Positions 39,451 to 47,820 of a stretch of DNA of 49,315 nt are shown here, piece after piece. Each line of letters opens with the position of its first letter. The first letter of the stretch is position 1. The stretch is from Bacteroidales bacterium (GTDB taxonomy: Bacteria > Bacteroidota > Bacteroidia > Bacteroidales > Marinilabiliaceae): assembly GCA_003251015.1 (NCBI GenBank), contig QKIO01000258.1, forward strand, positions 1 through 49,315. Reading direction: 5' to 3'. The notes beneath the pieces were generated by a model. That model worked only from the letters and a program-made list of their open reading frames with translations. It was not told the DNA's origin and searched no databases. The position numbers were made by a program, and so were the translations under genes.

Positions 39451-39487
39451 AATTTCCTTTTGCGTCTTTGCGTGAAAAATATAAACA
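39451..39487 (+). repeat. 37-nt dispersed intergenic element, copy 1
   Basis: AATTTCCTTTTGCGTCTTTGCGTGAAAAATATAAACA matches the copy at 43678-43714 at 35 of 37 positions. It contains the internal direct repeat TTTGCGTC/TTTGCGTG. Confidence 0.8.
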
Positions 39488-39488
39488 C

Positions 39489-40026
39489 ATGAAATCAATT
39501 AACTATTTATTAGCCGGATTACTAGTCTTATATGTCGCTATTTTCATCTTGTAAAAAAGATGATGATTCTGCTCCAGAAACAGAACAAAAAGACGATAAC
39601 TAGGGAGGTAATAAAGAAGAGACTGAAAATGAAGAAACAGAATTAGGCGATGAAGAAGAGACTGAAAATGAAGAAACAGAATTAGGCGATGAAGAAGAGA
39701 CTGAAAATGAAGAAACTGAATTAGATAAAGAAGTAGAATCTGTATCTTTGGCTTCAACCGTTTGGACTTTTATAGAAGATCCTGAGAATAATTTTGTTAC
39801 CTATATTTTCTTTATGGATGGTAATAATGTGAGATATACCTCATTGTCTGAAAACAGTGAGTTTTTAGGAGGATTTGCGGAAGGTACTTATACTTATGAA
39901 CCACCGAAAGTTGTTATGAAGATCAAATCAAAAACTCTAACAGGTACCATTGATGGTGGAATTATGACTATGAATGGGAATGAATACATAAGAAATGATG
40001 TTTCTGGTTTTGATACCGATTTTTAG
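39489..40026 (+). pseudogene. disrupted lipoprotein gene (frameshift in the signal peptide plus an in-frame TAG)
   Basis: ATG 39489 encodes MKSINYLLAGLLVLYVAIF and stops at 39552. The +1 frame reads SSCKKDDDSAPETEQKDDN, then TAG (39601), then GGNKEETENEE... and continues into the annotated 39748-40026 ORF. The total of 538 nt is 3n+1. Confidence 0.55.
39616..39723 (+). repeat. 39-bp tandem repeat, about 2.8 copies, encoding the acidic 13-aa unit EETENEETELGDE
   Basis: GAAGAGACTGAAAATGAAGAAACAGAATTAGGCGATGAA occurs at 39616 and 39655 as identical copies, with a partial third copy from 39694. It lies in the frame of the disrupted lipoprotein gene. Confidence 0.9.
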
Positions 40027-40170
40027 ATCTTGATTATAATTGAATTCCTTATAGAATCCATTGTTTGTTCAAGCAGTGGATTTTTTTTGTTTAAATATTT
40101 ACAGTCTCTTCTGAACACTTTATCTATCTTTCTGTTTATATCTAAAACAAATCAAAAAACAGATAACATT

Positions 40171-40671
40171 ATGGCAAAAATAGCATTTCAAGGAAACGAA
40201 GTGAATACTGCAGGAGATTTAGTAAGAGTAGGCGCAGAGGCACCCGATTTTAAATTAACCAAGACCGATTTGAGTGATGTAACCTTAGCAGATTTTAAAG
40301 GCAAGAAAGTTGTTTTAAATATCTTCCCAAGTATTGATACAGAGGTATGCGCAGCGTCAGTACGTAAATTCAATGCCGAAGCATCAAAGCTTGAGAATAC
40401 AGTCGTACTTTGTATTTCAAAAGATCTACCATTTGCACACGGACGTTTTTGTGGTGCCGAAGGACTCGAAAATGTAGTTTCTCTATCAGAATATAAAGAC
40501 GAAATCTTTAGCCAGAATTATGGTGTAAAAATCATTGATAGCGCATTGTCCGGACTTTTATCACGTGCAGTAGTAGTGGTAGATGAAAATGGAAAAGTCG
40601 TTCACAGTGAGCAAGTAGAAGATATTGTAAATGAACCTGATTATGAAGCGGCATTGGCTTCTTTGAAATAA
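40171..40671 (+). CDS. tpx: thiol peroxidase (atypical 2-Cys peroxiredoxin Tpx)
   Basis: The start is moved to ATG 40171 ([11 protein letters not shown]), giving 166 aa. The peroxidatic Cys lies in [10 protein letters not shown] and the resolving Cys in [11 protein letters not shown]. The sequence is typical of Tpx. Confidence 0.92.
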   Translation: MAKIAFQGNEVNTAGDLVRVGAEAPDFKLTKTDLSDVTLADFKGKKVVLNIFPSIDTEVCAASVRKFNAEASKLENTVVLCISKDLPFAHGRFCGAEGLENVVSLSEYKDEIFSQNYGVKIIDSALSGLLSRAVVVVDENGKVVHSEQVEDIVNEPDYEAALASLK

Positions 40672-40766
40672 TACGCTTGCTTTTATAAGCAGATTAAGAA
40701 AGTCGGCTGTTTTAGTCGATTTTTTTTGTGTTCGTAATTTTAGCTTAGTTTATAAGGACAAAAAAT

Positions 40767-40798
40767 AAATCCGGAAAGAACATTCTATCCGGATTTTT
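40767..40798. terminator. bidirectional intrinsic terminator between tpx and the GLUG protein gene
   Basis: AAATCCGGA-(12 nt)-TCCGGATTT is a 9-bp perfect stem, with TTTTT on the plus side and an A-run (T-run on the minus strand) on the other side. Confidence 0.65.
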
Positions 40799-40823
40799 CT
40801 ATTAAATAGGCTTGCAATCTATT

Positions 40824-42932
40824 TTATTCGATAATCAGTTTTTCACTTACATCGTTGTAGCATACGAAATAAACTCCAGGAGTTAATTTTGAAACATTGA
40901 TTCCTGAGCTGTAATCTTCATCAATAAGAAGACTACCCTGTGTACTATATACCTTTACCGGGGTACTTAATTCAATTCCGGAAATATATATCATCTCCTT
41001 TGACGGGTTAGGGTAAATAGTTGTTATTGTTGTATTAGAACCTGTTTCAGTAGGGGTGTCCCTAAAAGCAATTTCCCAGTACAAGTAGGGATGTCCATCA
41101 GTGTTAATGACCCATGGTTTGTCTTTATTATCTCCAAATTCAAAACCTTCTAGGTTTTTTGCAACTTGAAATTCATGGACTAAAAGGCCTTTTACATCCT
41201 GTGGAGCGCTCCATTCCGACATTATGATTCCGACATCACCTGTGCCCGAAGTTGTTTTGTCGAAATAGCATTTTGATAACATTAAAGCATCAAGGTCCTT
41301 ACCTGCAAACCCGCCCATGTCTTGTCCGTTTCCGTACACGAAACTTGCCGTATACGAATTGTACACATTACCACCTCCGGCAGCACCTATAAATCCACCT
41401 CCAAAATTAGTTCCGGCATTAACATCACAGATTGAGTAGCAGTTTCTAATAGCAGGTGAATTAAAGTTACCTACAAATCCACCAACATATTGGCCGCCAC
41501 TTACGGACCCCGTAACAAAACAAGCATCCGTTTCTGCACCATAGTTTGTACCATATAATCCGCCTACATTATTAGTGCCCAAAATATCGCAATTTTCAAT
41601 CCCTAGTTTTTTAACCGTACAACCATGGTAGGTATAGCCGAACAAGCCAATATTATTTATGCCCTCCCTGTCAATTGTTAAGTTAAGTATGCGTTTGCCG
41701 TTTCCGTCATAGTTCCCTCTAAACGCTTTTCCGTATGCTCTACCGATTGGATAAAACCCAGTGCCGTTCTTGTAGTTTTTATTAGCCGTATACGCTGCAT
41801 CAATATCTGTACTTTGTTTAAAGTAAACATCTTTAAATTCGATACCTCTGTTTACCAATATTGCCAGTGCATCTAAATCATCTAACGATGAAATTAAATA
41901 AGGATCTGCTGATGTTCCGGTACCACCGCTAAATGTTCTGTTTGGATGCATTAGGTGTGGCATATGGTCCATTTTCCAAACGGTGTCGAAATCCCAGTTT
42001 TGAAACAGTGCTTTGTCTGCAAGTTCGTATTGCTTGCCAACTCCAAAATTATCATCAATTGATGCGTCTACTTTATAAAAGAAACTGGTTGTTATTATAG
42101 GTGTAGTTCCTTCAGAAACTGAATTTACCAATCTTGAGCTCCAATTCGGATTATCCGGCAATGCGATGCTGTTGGTAATAGTTGTCGCATCTTTCGATTC
42201 GTCGTCAGCAATGTAGCCTATTAGCGATTGGTTTGTTTCTGAGAAGCAATTGTAAATTGTACAATTCTCTACTCTCGTGGCAATACCACCTGATTCTTCG
42301 GTGTTTGAACTGGCAGAAAAAGTTCCTTTGGCTGCGCAGTTTGTAATTATGGTATTTATGATATGACCTGCAATTAATCCATGTCCATTATAACCGTCTG
42401 TAGTGCCTTCAACAAAGCAGTTTGTAATAGTAGAATTTTCAGCCTTTGCTACCATCCCACCAATCATTTCAGCGCCAAATAGGCAATGGGTTACATTTAG
42501 GTTTGATATGGTTGCATTTTTTATGTTGGCAAATAAACCTATGTATCCCCAATCTTTATGTTGAGACATTAAACTATCAATCGTAAATCCTTGTCCATTA
42601 AAATTGCCGGAGAATGGCGTAGTTCTTCCTATCGATAAAAAACCGATGTTTTCGCATGTGTTGTTGCAAAGCGGAGTGTAATTGGTGTTGTAATTTTCAG
42701 CAAAAGTTGCTGATGCATCAATGTTATTGGTTAAAACAAGGTATTTACCTGCAAAGCTTGTACCTGCATTAACAAGAGATGCTAGTTCTTCAAGATCTTC
42801 TAAAGTTGAAATCTGATAGGGTGTGCCACTCGTTCCGCTTCCTCCACTAAAGAGGTTTTCTGAAAATGAGGATAGGAAACAGCATTGAAGTAAGAATAAA
42901 ACTGAAATTGTTCTTGGTAAGAAATTCTTCAT
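40824..42932 (-). CDS. GLUG-motif repeat protein with a T9SS C-terminal sorting domain
   Basis: 702 aa with a signal peptide. There are two paralogous halves, each opening with SGG(S/T)GTS..PY.IS.L.DL..LA.LVN.G. GLUG-like glycine-rich motifs recur (IGGMVAKA, VGGLYGTNYG, VGGFVGNF, GGGFIGAAGGG, MGGFAGKD). The C-terminal approx 75 aa, IYPNPSKEMIYI...LTPGVYFVCYND...KLIIE, is of the Por_Secre_tail type. Confidence 0.75.
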   Translation of the reverse strand: MKNFLPRTISVLFLLQCCFLSSFSENLFSGGSGTSGTPYQISTLEDLEELASLVNAGTSFAGKYLVLTNNIDASATFAENYNTNYTPLCNNTCENIGFLSIGRTTPFSGNFNGQGFTIDSLMSQHKDWGYIGLFANIKNATISNLNVTHCLFGAEMIGGMVAKAENSTITNCFVEGTTDGYNGHGLIAGHIINTIITNCAAKGTFSASSNTEESGGIATRVENCTIYNCFSETNQSLIGYIADDESKDATTITNSIALPDNPNWSSRLVNSVSEGTTPIITTSFFYKVDASIDDNFGVGKQYELADKALFQNWDFDTVWKMDHMPHLMHPNRTFSGGTGTSADPYLISSLDDLDALAILVNRGIEFKDVYFKQSTDIDAAYTANKNYKNGTGFYPIGRAYGKAFRGNYDGNGKRILNLTIDREGINNIGLFGYTYHGCTVKKLGIENCDILGTNNVGGLYGTNYGAETDACFVTGSVSGGQYVGGFVGNFNSPAIRNCYSICDVNAGTNFGGGFIGAAGGGNVYNSYTASFVYGNGQDMGGFAGKDLDALMLSKCYFDKTTSGTGDVGIIMSEWSAPQDVKGLLVHEFQVAKNLEGFEFGDNKDKPWVINTDGHPYLYWEIAFRDTPTETGSNTTITTIYPNPSKEMIYISGIELSTPVKVYSTQGSLLIDEDYSSGINVSKLTPGVYFVCYNDVSEKLIIE

Positions 42933-43052
42933 TTTATAAGATTATAAGGTAAATATTGAGTTGCGAAAATAGGAAAAATTTAATTTGTTGTTGTGTTTTT
43001 AGAATTAATCCTTAACTTTGACTGAACGGTCAATCAATAATAATATAACAAC

Positions 43053-43634
43053 ATGTCTCCAAGAACGAAAGAAGAAGTCGAAAAGATCAGACAAGAAAAG
43101 AAGGGCATCATCCTCGATACCGCCTTAAAGCTCTTTTCCATCGAAGGTTATCATGGCACTTCTGTTGCTAAAATTGCCAAAGAAGCAGGTATTTCTAAAG
43201 GTTTGATGTATAATTATTTTGAGAGCAAAGAGTTGGTAATTAAAGAATTGATCATGGGTTTTCTCGAAGAGTTATTGTCTCTGGTTGATATGGAATGCGA
43301 AGAATTTGGGAAGAAAGAATTTCTCGACATGATTGAGAAAAACTTTCAATGGATTAAAGATCGCCATGAAGTGATGAAACTCTATTTTTCGTTAACCTTA
43401 CAGCCTTCAGTATTGGCTATTATGGAAGATAAATTGATGGAGATGGCCATGCCAATTTTCATCAAGATATCCGGTTTTTTTGAATCTTTGGGTTTTGAAG
43501 ATCCCTATGCCGAAACCCGCTATTTCAATTCCATGATGGATGGTATTTTTATGAATTATGTAATAGAGCCTGATACCTTTCCATTGGACAAAATGAAAGA
43601 AAAGGTGCTCATGCAATATGAAACGATCCTTTAA
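43053..43634 (+). CDS. TetR/AcrR-family transcriptional regulator
   Basis: 193 aa with the N-terminal HTH GYHGTSVAKIAKEAGISKGLMYNYFESKE and a helical ligand-binding C-terminal domain. Confidence 0.9.
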   Translation: MSPRTKEEVEKIRQEKKGIILDTALKLFSIEGYHGTSVAKIAKEAGISKGLMYNYFESKELVIKELIMGFLEELLSLVDMECEEFGKKEFLDMIEKNFQWIKDRHEVMKLYFSLTLQPSVLAIMEDKLMEMAMPIFIKISGFFESLGFEDPYAETRYFNSMMDGIFMNYVIEPDTFPLDKMKEKVLMQYETIL

Positions 43635-43677
43635 AAAAATGTCCCTCACAGGAATCCCGCAAGCTATCGGGACATCC

Positions 43678-43714
43678 AATTTTCTTTTGCGTCTTTGCGT
43701 GAAAATTATAAACA
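43678..43714 (+). repeat. 37-nt dispersed intergenic element, copy 2
   Basis: AATTTTCTTTTGCGTCTTTGCGTGAAAATTATAAACA follows a hairpin after tetR and lies 70 nt upstream of the LolA-like gene. Confidence 0.8.
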
Positions 43715-43783
43715 GTTGAAAAATTCCTGCCATAGTGTAGGATATTCCTTAACTTATATTAATCATCTTAAAAATTCTGTGGT

Positions 43784-44539
43784 ATGAATAAAATCAGAAT
43801 TAGTTTATTGCTCCTTGTGAGCCTTGCTTTCAGTGCTGGTTCAGCTCAGGAATTGACAGCATTGGAAATCATTAAAAAAACGGATGAACTCGTACGTGGT
43901 AAATCCAATTATGCCGAGATGGAAATGAAAATTGTCCGGCCAAAGTATGAGCGATCTTTAAAATTTAAAATGTGGGGCAAAGGCACCGAATACTCCATTA
44001 TTTATGTGACTTATCCGGTAAAAGAAAAAGGGCAGGTCTTTTTAAAGCGCCAGCGCGAAATGTGGAACTATTTACCATCCATCGAAAAAATGGTGAAAAT
44101 TCCCCCTAGCATGATGATGCAGAGCTGGATGGGCTCAGATCTTACCAACGATGATTTGGTTAACGCCTCTAGTATTGTAGTTGATTACACCCATAAGATT
44201 CTGCGCGAAGAAGAGGTGGAAGGCTATAAATGTTGGGTCATTGAGCTAATACCCAAAGAAGATGCCCCGGTGGTTTGGGGTAAAATCATCACATGGGTAT
44301 CGCAAAAAGGCTATATGACTCTGAGGAATGAATATTACGATGAAGATCAATACATTGTAAACAGAGAAAGCCTCAGCGAGATTAAAGATGTAGGCGACCG
44401 CATTATGCCAACCCGTTACGAAATCATTCCCGAAGACAAACCCGGCAACAAGACCATTATGGAATTTAAAAGCGTCAAGTTCAACATTCCTATAGATGAT
44501 GGATTCTTCTCCATCCAGAACATGAAACGTGTTCAATAG
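43784..44539 (+). CDS. periplasmic LolA-like protein (outer membrane lipoprotein-sorting protein family)
   Basis: 251 aa with a cleavable signal peptide and no lipobox Cys (LAFSAGSAQE). It carries EIIKKTDELVRGKS, MWNYLPS and WMGSDLTNDDL, motifs I associate with the LolA_like family that is usually linked to FtsX permeases. Confidence 0.7.
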   Translation: MNKIRISLLLLVSLAFSAGSAQELTALEIIKKTDELVRGKSNYAEMEMKIVRPKYERSLKFKMWGKGTEYSIIYVTYPVKEKGQVFLKRQREMWNYLPSIEKMVKIPPSMMMQSWMGSDLTNDDLVNASSIVVDYTHKILREEEVEGYKCWVIELIPKEDAPVVWGKIITWVSQKGYMTLRNEYYDEDQYIVNRESLSEIKDVGDRIMPTRYEIIPEDKPGNKTIMEFKSVKFNIPIDDGFFSIQNMKRVQ

Positions 44540-44581
44540 TACATTAATAATTTATCATTAACAATTAATAATTATGTTGTT

Positions 44582-45799
44582 ATGAATGTATTTAAACTAG
44601 CCTGGCGAAACCTTTGGCGCAATAAGCGGCGTACACTCATCACGGTTTCTTCCATATTTTTTGGTGTAATCTTCAGTTCATTTATGGGCTCCTCACAAGC
44701 AGGAGGTTATACCAAGATGATCGATAATGTGGTGAAGTTTTATTCCGGATTCTTTCAGTTACAAAATGAAGATTATTGGGACGAAAAATCCATCAATAAT
44801 AGTTTTGAATTAACTGATAGTTTAAAATCTATTTTGGATGCTTATGATGAGTTAACCAATAAAGTTCCCCGGCTTGAAGATTTTGCTTTAGCTTCTTATG
44901 AGACTTATACCCGAGGAGCAATTATTGTAGGGACAGAGCCCGAAAAAGAGAACCAAGTCACCGAGATCGCTGAAAAAATTGTAGAAGGTGAGTATTTAAA
45001 AACCGGAGATGATGGTATTATCATTGGTGTAGATTTAGCCAAAGGATTAAAAATTTCAGTGGGTGATACACTGGTACTGTTAGGTCAAGGCTACCATGGT
45101 GTAAGTGCAGCCGGAAAATTTCCGGTTCGAGGATTAATCAAGCACTTTAATCCGGAGTACAACCGTCGCATTGTTTACATGGATTTAGCCACTTGTCAAT
45201 ATTTTTACTCGGCTAATAATTTATTAACCTCACTTGTGGTCATGGTTGAGGATAATAAAACCATGGAAGCTATACTTCCCGCCTTGAAAGAAGAATTATC
45301 ATCCCCTCACGTATTAAAAAGTTGGCAAGAAATGTTTCCGGCTTTGGTTCAGCAAATTGAAAGCGACCGTTCTACTGCCCTTATCATGAAAGTGATGCTT
45401 TACATCGTGATTGGTTTTGGAATTTTTGGAACCATTATGATGATGATGGCTGAGCGCAAGCATGAGTTTGGTGTGATGGTGGCCATAGGGATGTCTAAGC
45501 AGCGCTTGGCTCTAACGGTAGTGATTGAGACGATTTTAATGGGAATGGTTGGAGTAGCAGCCGGATTATTAGGCTCATTTCCTGTAGTTGGGTATTTCTA
45601 TCAAAACCCCATACCCTTAACCGGTCAGGCAGCCGATTGGATGCAAGACTTGGGCTTTGAGCCATTTATGTTTTTTGCATGGGACATCAGTGTTTTTATG
45701 GATCAGGTCTTAGCAGTATTTGTGATGACCTTATTGATATCAATTCTGCCTTTGGTAAAATTGCTGCGGATGCACGAAAATACAGCTCTTCATCAATAA
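44582..45799 (+). CDS. ABC transporter permease, MacB/FtsX type
   Basis: 405 aa with N-terminal LAWRNLWRNKRRT followed by TM1, a periplasmic domain of about 230 aa and a C-terminal 3-TM FtsX domain. Confidence 0.85.
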   Translation: MNVFKLAWRNLWRNKRRTLITVSSIFFGVIFSSFMGSSQAGGYTKMIDNVVKFYSGFFQLQNEDYWDEKSINNSFELTDSLKSILDAYDELTNKVPRLEDFALASYETYTRGAIIVGTEPEKENQVTEIAEKIVEGEYLKTGDDGIIIGVDLAKGLKISVGDTLVLLGQGYHGVSAAGKFPVRGLIKHFNPEYNRRIVYMDLATCQYFYSANNLLTSLVVMVEDNKTMEAILPALKEELSSPHVLKSWQEMFPALVQQIESDRSTALIMKVMLYIVIGFGIFGTIMMMMAERKHEFGVMVAIGMSKQRLALTVVIETILMGMVGVAAGLLGSFPVVGYFYQNPIPLTGQAADWMQDLGFEPFMFFAWDISVFMDQVLAVFVMTLLISILPLVKLLRMHENTALHQ

Positions 45800-45847
45800 A
45801 GGTAAAATATTCAGAGTCTAATTTCTAACCTCTATTATCTAAACGAT

Positions 45848-47068
45848 ATGACAATATTAAAAATAGCATGGCGAAATATTTGGCGCAATCCAATTCGTAG
45901 CCTTGTTGTAATCATTGCAATGTTTATTGGGATGGTATTCGGATTATTTTCATCTGCATTTATGAGCGGATGGATGCAACAGCGCATAAAAGATGGTGTT
46001 GAAACAGAAATTTCCCACATTCAAATTCATCAGCCTGATTATAAGTTGAATGATGATATGTCAAATTATATTCCTGCTGCTCCTGTTAAAGGAGATTCTA
46101 TCCGAAAACTTCCTGCTGTAAATGGCGTTTCAGCAAGGTTTAAAATACAAGCCATGGTAGCATCTGCCGAAACGGCTTCCGGCGTTATGGTTTATGGCGT
46201 TGATGCTAGGGAAGAAAGTAAGGTGGTGAATGTGCATGAAAAGATCATTGAAGGAACTTGGTTCGAAAATGGTAAAGGAAATTCGGTAGTAGTTGGTGCT
46301 AAATTGGCCAAGAAGCTGAAGATTCATCTTCGATCTAAAATAGTATTGCGTATGCAGGATGCCAACGGAAATATTACAGGAGGAGCTTTTCGAGTTGTAG
46401 GTATCTATAAAACCATCAATACCATGTTTGACGAAACCAACGTATGGGTTCTCAATACAGATATTGCTCGAATTACCGGTTTGCCGGACGATGCTGCTCA
46501 TGAAATTGCCGTTCATGTTTCGGATCAAAAAGAGTTGAGCCATGTTTTAGCAAATATTCGCAGCATCTATCCCAATGTAAAATCCGAAGACTGGAAAGAA
46601 GTCTCTCCCGAGTTGGGTTACCTTACCGAAATGGGTAATACGTATCAATACATGATGGTCATTATCATTTTATTGGCTTTGGGTTTTGGTATCGTAAATA
46701 CCATGCTCATGGTAGTTTTGGAGCGGGTACGGGAGCTGGGAATGTTAATGGCTGTTGGTATGACAAAGATGAGGGTTTTTATCATGATAGTGCTTGAATC
46801 CATTATGTTATCCTGTGTGGGTGGTTTTTCAGGTATTGTTGGTGGGGTGCTATTAACCGAATATTTTGGTGTCAAAGGAATCGATCTAAGTTTATGGGGA
46901 GAAGGATTAGAAGGCATGGGATTTGCACCTATCGTACATCCGGTTTATGACCTCAATACCGTGATCGATATTAGTTCTTTGGTCATCATCACCGGAATAG
47001 CAGCATCTATCTATCCTGCATACAAAGCCTTAAAATTAAATCCATCACAAGCTATCCGTGTTATCTAG
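45848..47068 (+). CDS. ABC transporter permease, MacB/FtsX type (paralogue)
   Basis: 406 aa with the same architecture (IAWRNIWRNPIRS followed by TM1, a periplasmic domain and 3 TM helices), ending in YPAYKALKLNPSQAIR. Confidence 0.85.
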   Translation: MTILKIAWRNIWRNPIRSLVVIIAMFIGMVFGLFSSAFMSGWMQQRIKDGVETEISHIQIHQPDYKLNDDMSNYIPAAPVKGDSIRKLPAVNGVSARFKIQAMVASAETASGVMVYGVDAREESKVVNVHEKIIEGTWFENGKGNSVVVGAKLAKKLKIHLRSKIVLRMQDANGNITGGAFRVVGIYKTINTMFDETNVWVLNTDIARITGLPDDAAHEIAVHVSDQKELSHVLANIRSIYPNVKSEDWKEVSPELGYLTEMGNTYQYMMVIIILLALGFGIVNTMLMVVLERVRELGMLMAVGMTKMRVFIMIVLESIMLSCVGGFSGIVGGVLLTEYFGVKGIDLSLWGEGLEGMGFAPIVHPVYDLNTVIDISSLVIITGIAASIYPAYKALKLNPSQAIRVI

Positions 47069-47133
47069 TTTGATTGGACTTGAAACGAAGAATTAACTCA
47101 GTTTAAGAACGTACAGAATTAAAACAAACGACT

Positions 47134-47820
47134 ATGTCAGTAATAAAAATAAAAGATCTTACTAAAGTATATAATGGTTCACAAGTGCCCGTTCATGCAG
47201 TAAACGGCATTTCATTAGAAATTAAGCAAGGCGAGTTTGCTGCTGTTGTAGGTCCGTCAGGTTCCGGCAAAACAACTTTTCTGAACATGTTAGGAGGCTT
47301 GGATGATCCTACTTCAGGTAGTATTGAGATCGATAATCAGCTGTTAAGTAATTTGACTTCAAGCCAACGCATTAAGTTCCGTTTAGAAAATATTGGTTTT
47401 ATTTTTCAAGCTTATAACTTAATTCCGGTTTTGACAGCCAAAGAAAACGTAGAGTTTATTATGGAGCTTCAGAAAGTTTCTAAAGCAGAGCGAAATAAAA
47501 GAAGTTTAGAGTTGCTGGAAGCAGTTGGAATTCCGGATAAAGCCAATGTTCGTCCCAATCAGCTTTCCGGTGGCCAACAGCAACGTGTTGCAGTAGCAAG
47601 AGCTTTGGCAAGCAAACCAAAATTTATTCTGGCTGATGAGCCTACAGCCAACCTCGATTCTAAATCGACCGAGACTTTGCTTGATATCATGGAAAGACTG
47701 AACAAAGAAGAAAACATCACCTTTATATTTTCCACGCATGATGCCCGTGTGGTAAACAAAGCCCATCGCATTATCACCATTGAAGATGGCTTAATAAAGA
47801 GTGATGAGTCGAGAATTTAA
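47134..47820 (+). CDS. ABC transporter ATP-binding protein (LolD/MacB-NBD type)
   Basis: 228 aa with Walker A GPSGSGKTT, Q-loop FQAYNL, signature LSGGQQQRVAVARAL, Walker B FILADEPT and H-loop STHD. Confidence 0.95.
   Translation: MSVIKIKDLTKVYNGSQVPVHAVNGISLEIKQGEFAAVVGPSGSGKTTFLNMLGGLDDPTSGSIEIDNQLLSNLTSSQRIKFRLENIGFIFQAYNLIPVLTAKENVEFIMELQKVSKAERNKRSLELLEAVGIPDKANVRPNQLSGGQQQRVAVARALASKPKFILADEPTANLDSKSTETLLDIMERLNKEENITFIFSTHDARVVNKAHRIITIEDGLIKSDESRI

Noticed and set aside
39601-39603. The in-frame TAG might indicate stop-codon reassignment or pyrrolysine-type recoding.
   Set aside because: Well-supported genes in the same window (ccsBA at 35956-35958 and the yqaA-like gene at 27731-27733) terminate with TAG at the expected protein ends. 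The same gene also carries a frameshift, so a pseudogene is the simpler explanation.
39503-39757. 84-aa minus-strand ORF with an internally repeated sequence (LILFLHFQSLLHR x3).
   Set aside because: It is the antisense reading of the 39-bp acidic coding repeat. The plus-strand frame continues into a recognisable lipoprotein gene, so this ORF is an artefact of the repeat.
43407-47780. Minus-strand ORFs at 43407-43733, 44246-44536, 45835-46020, 46130-46543, 46645-46917, 47506-47766 and 47559-47780.
   Set aside because: All are antisense to the well-supported TetR, LolA-like, permease and ATPase genes, and none has a recognisable motif.
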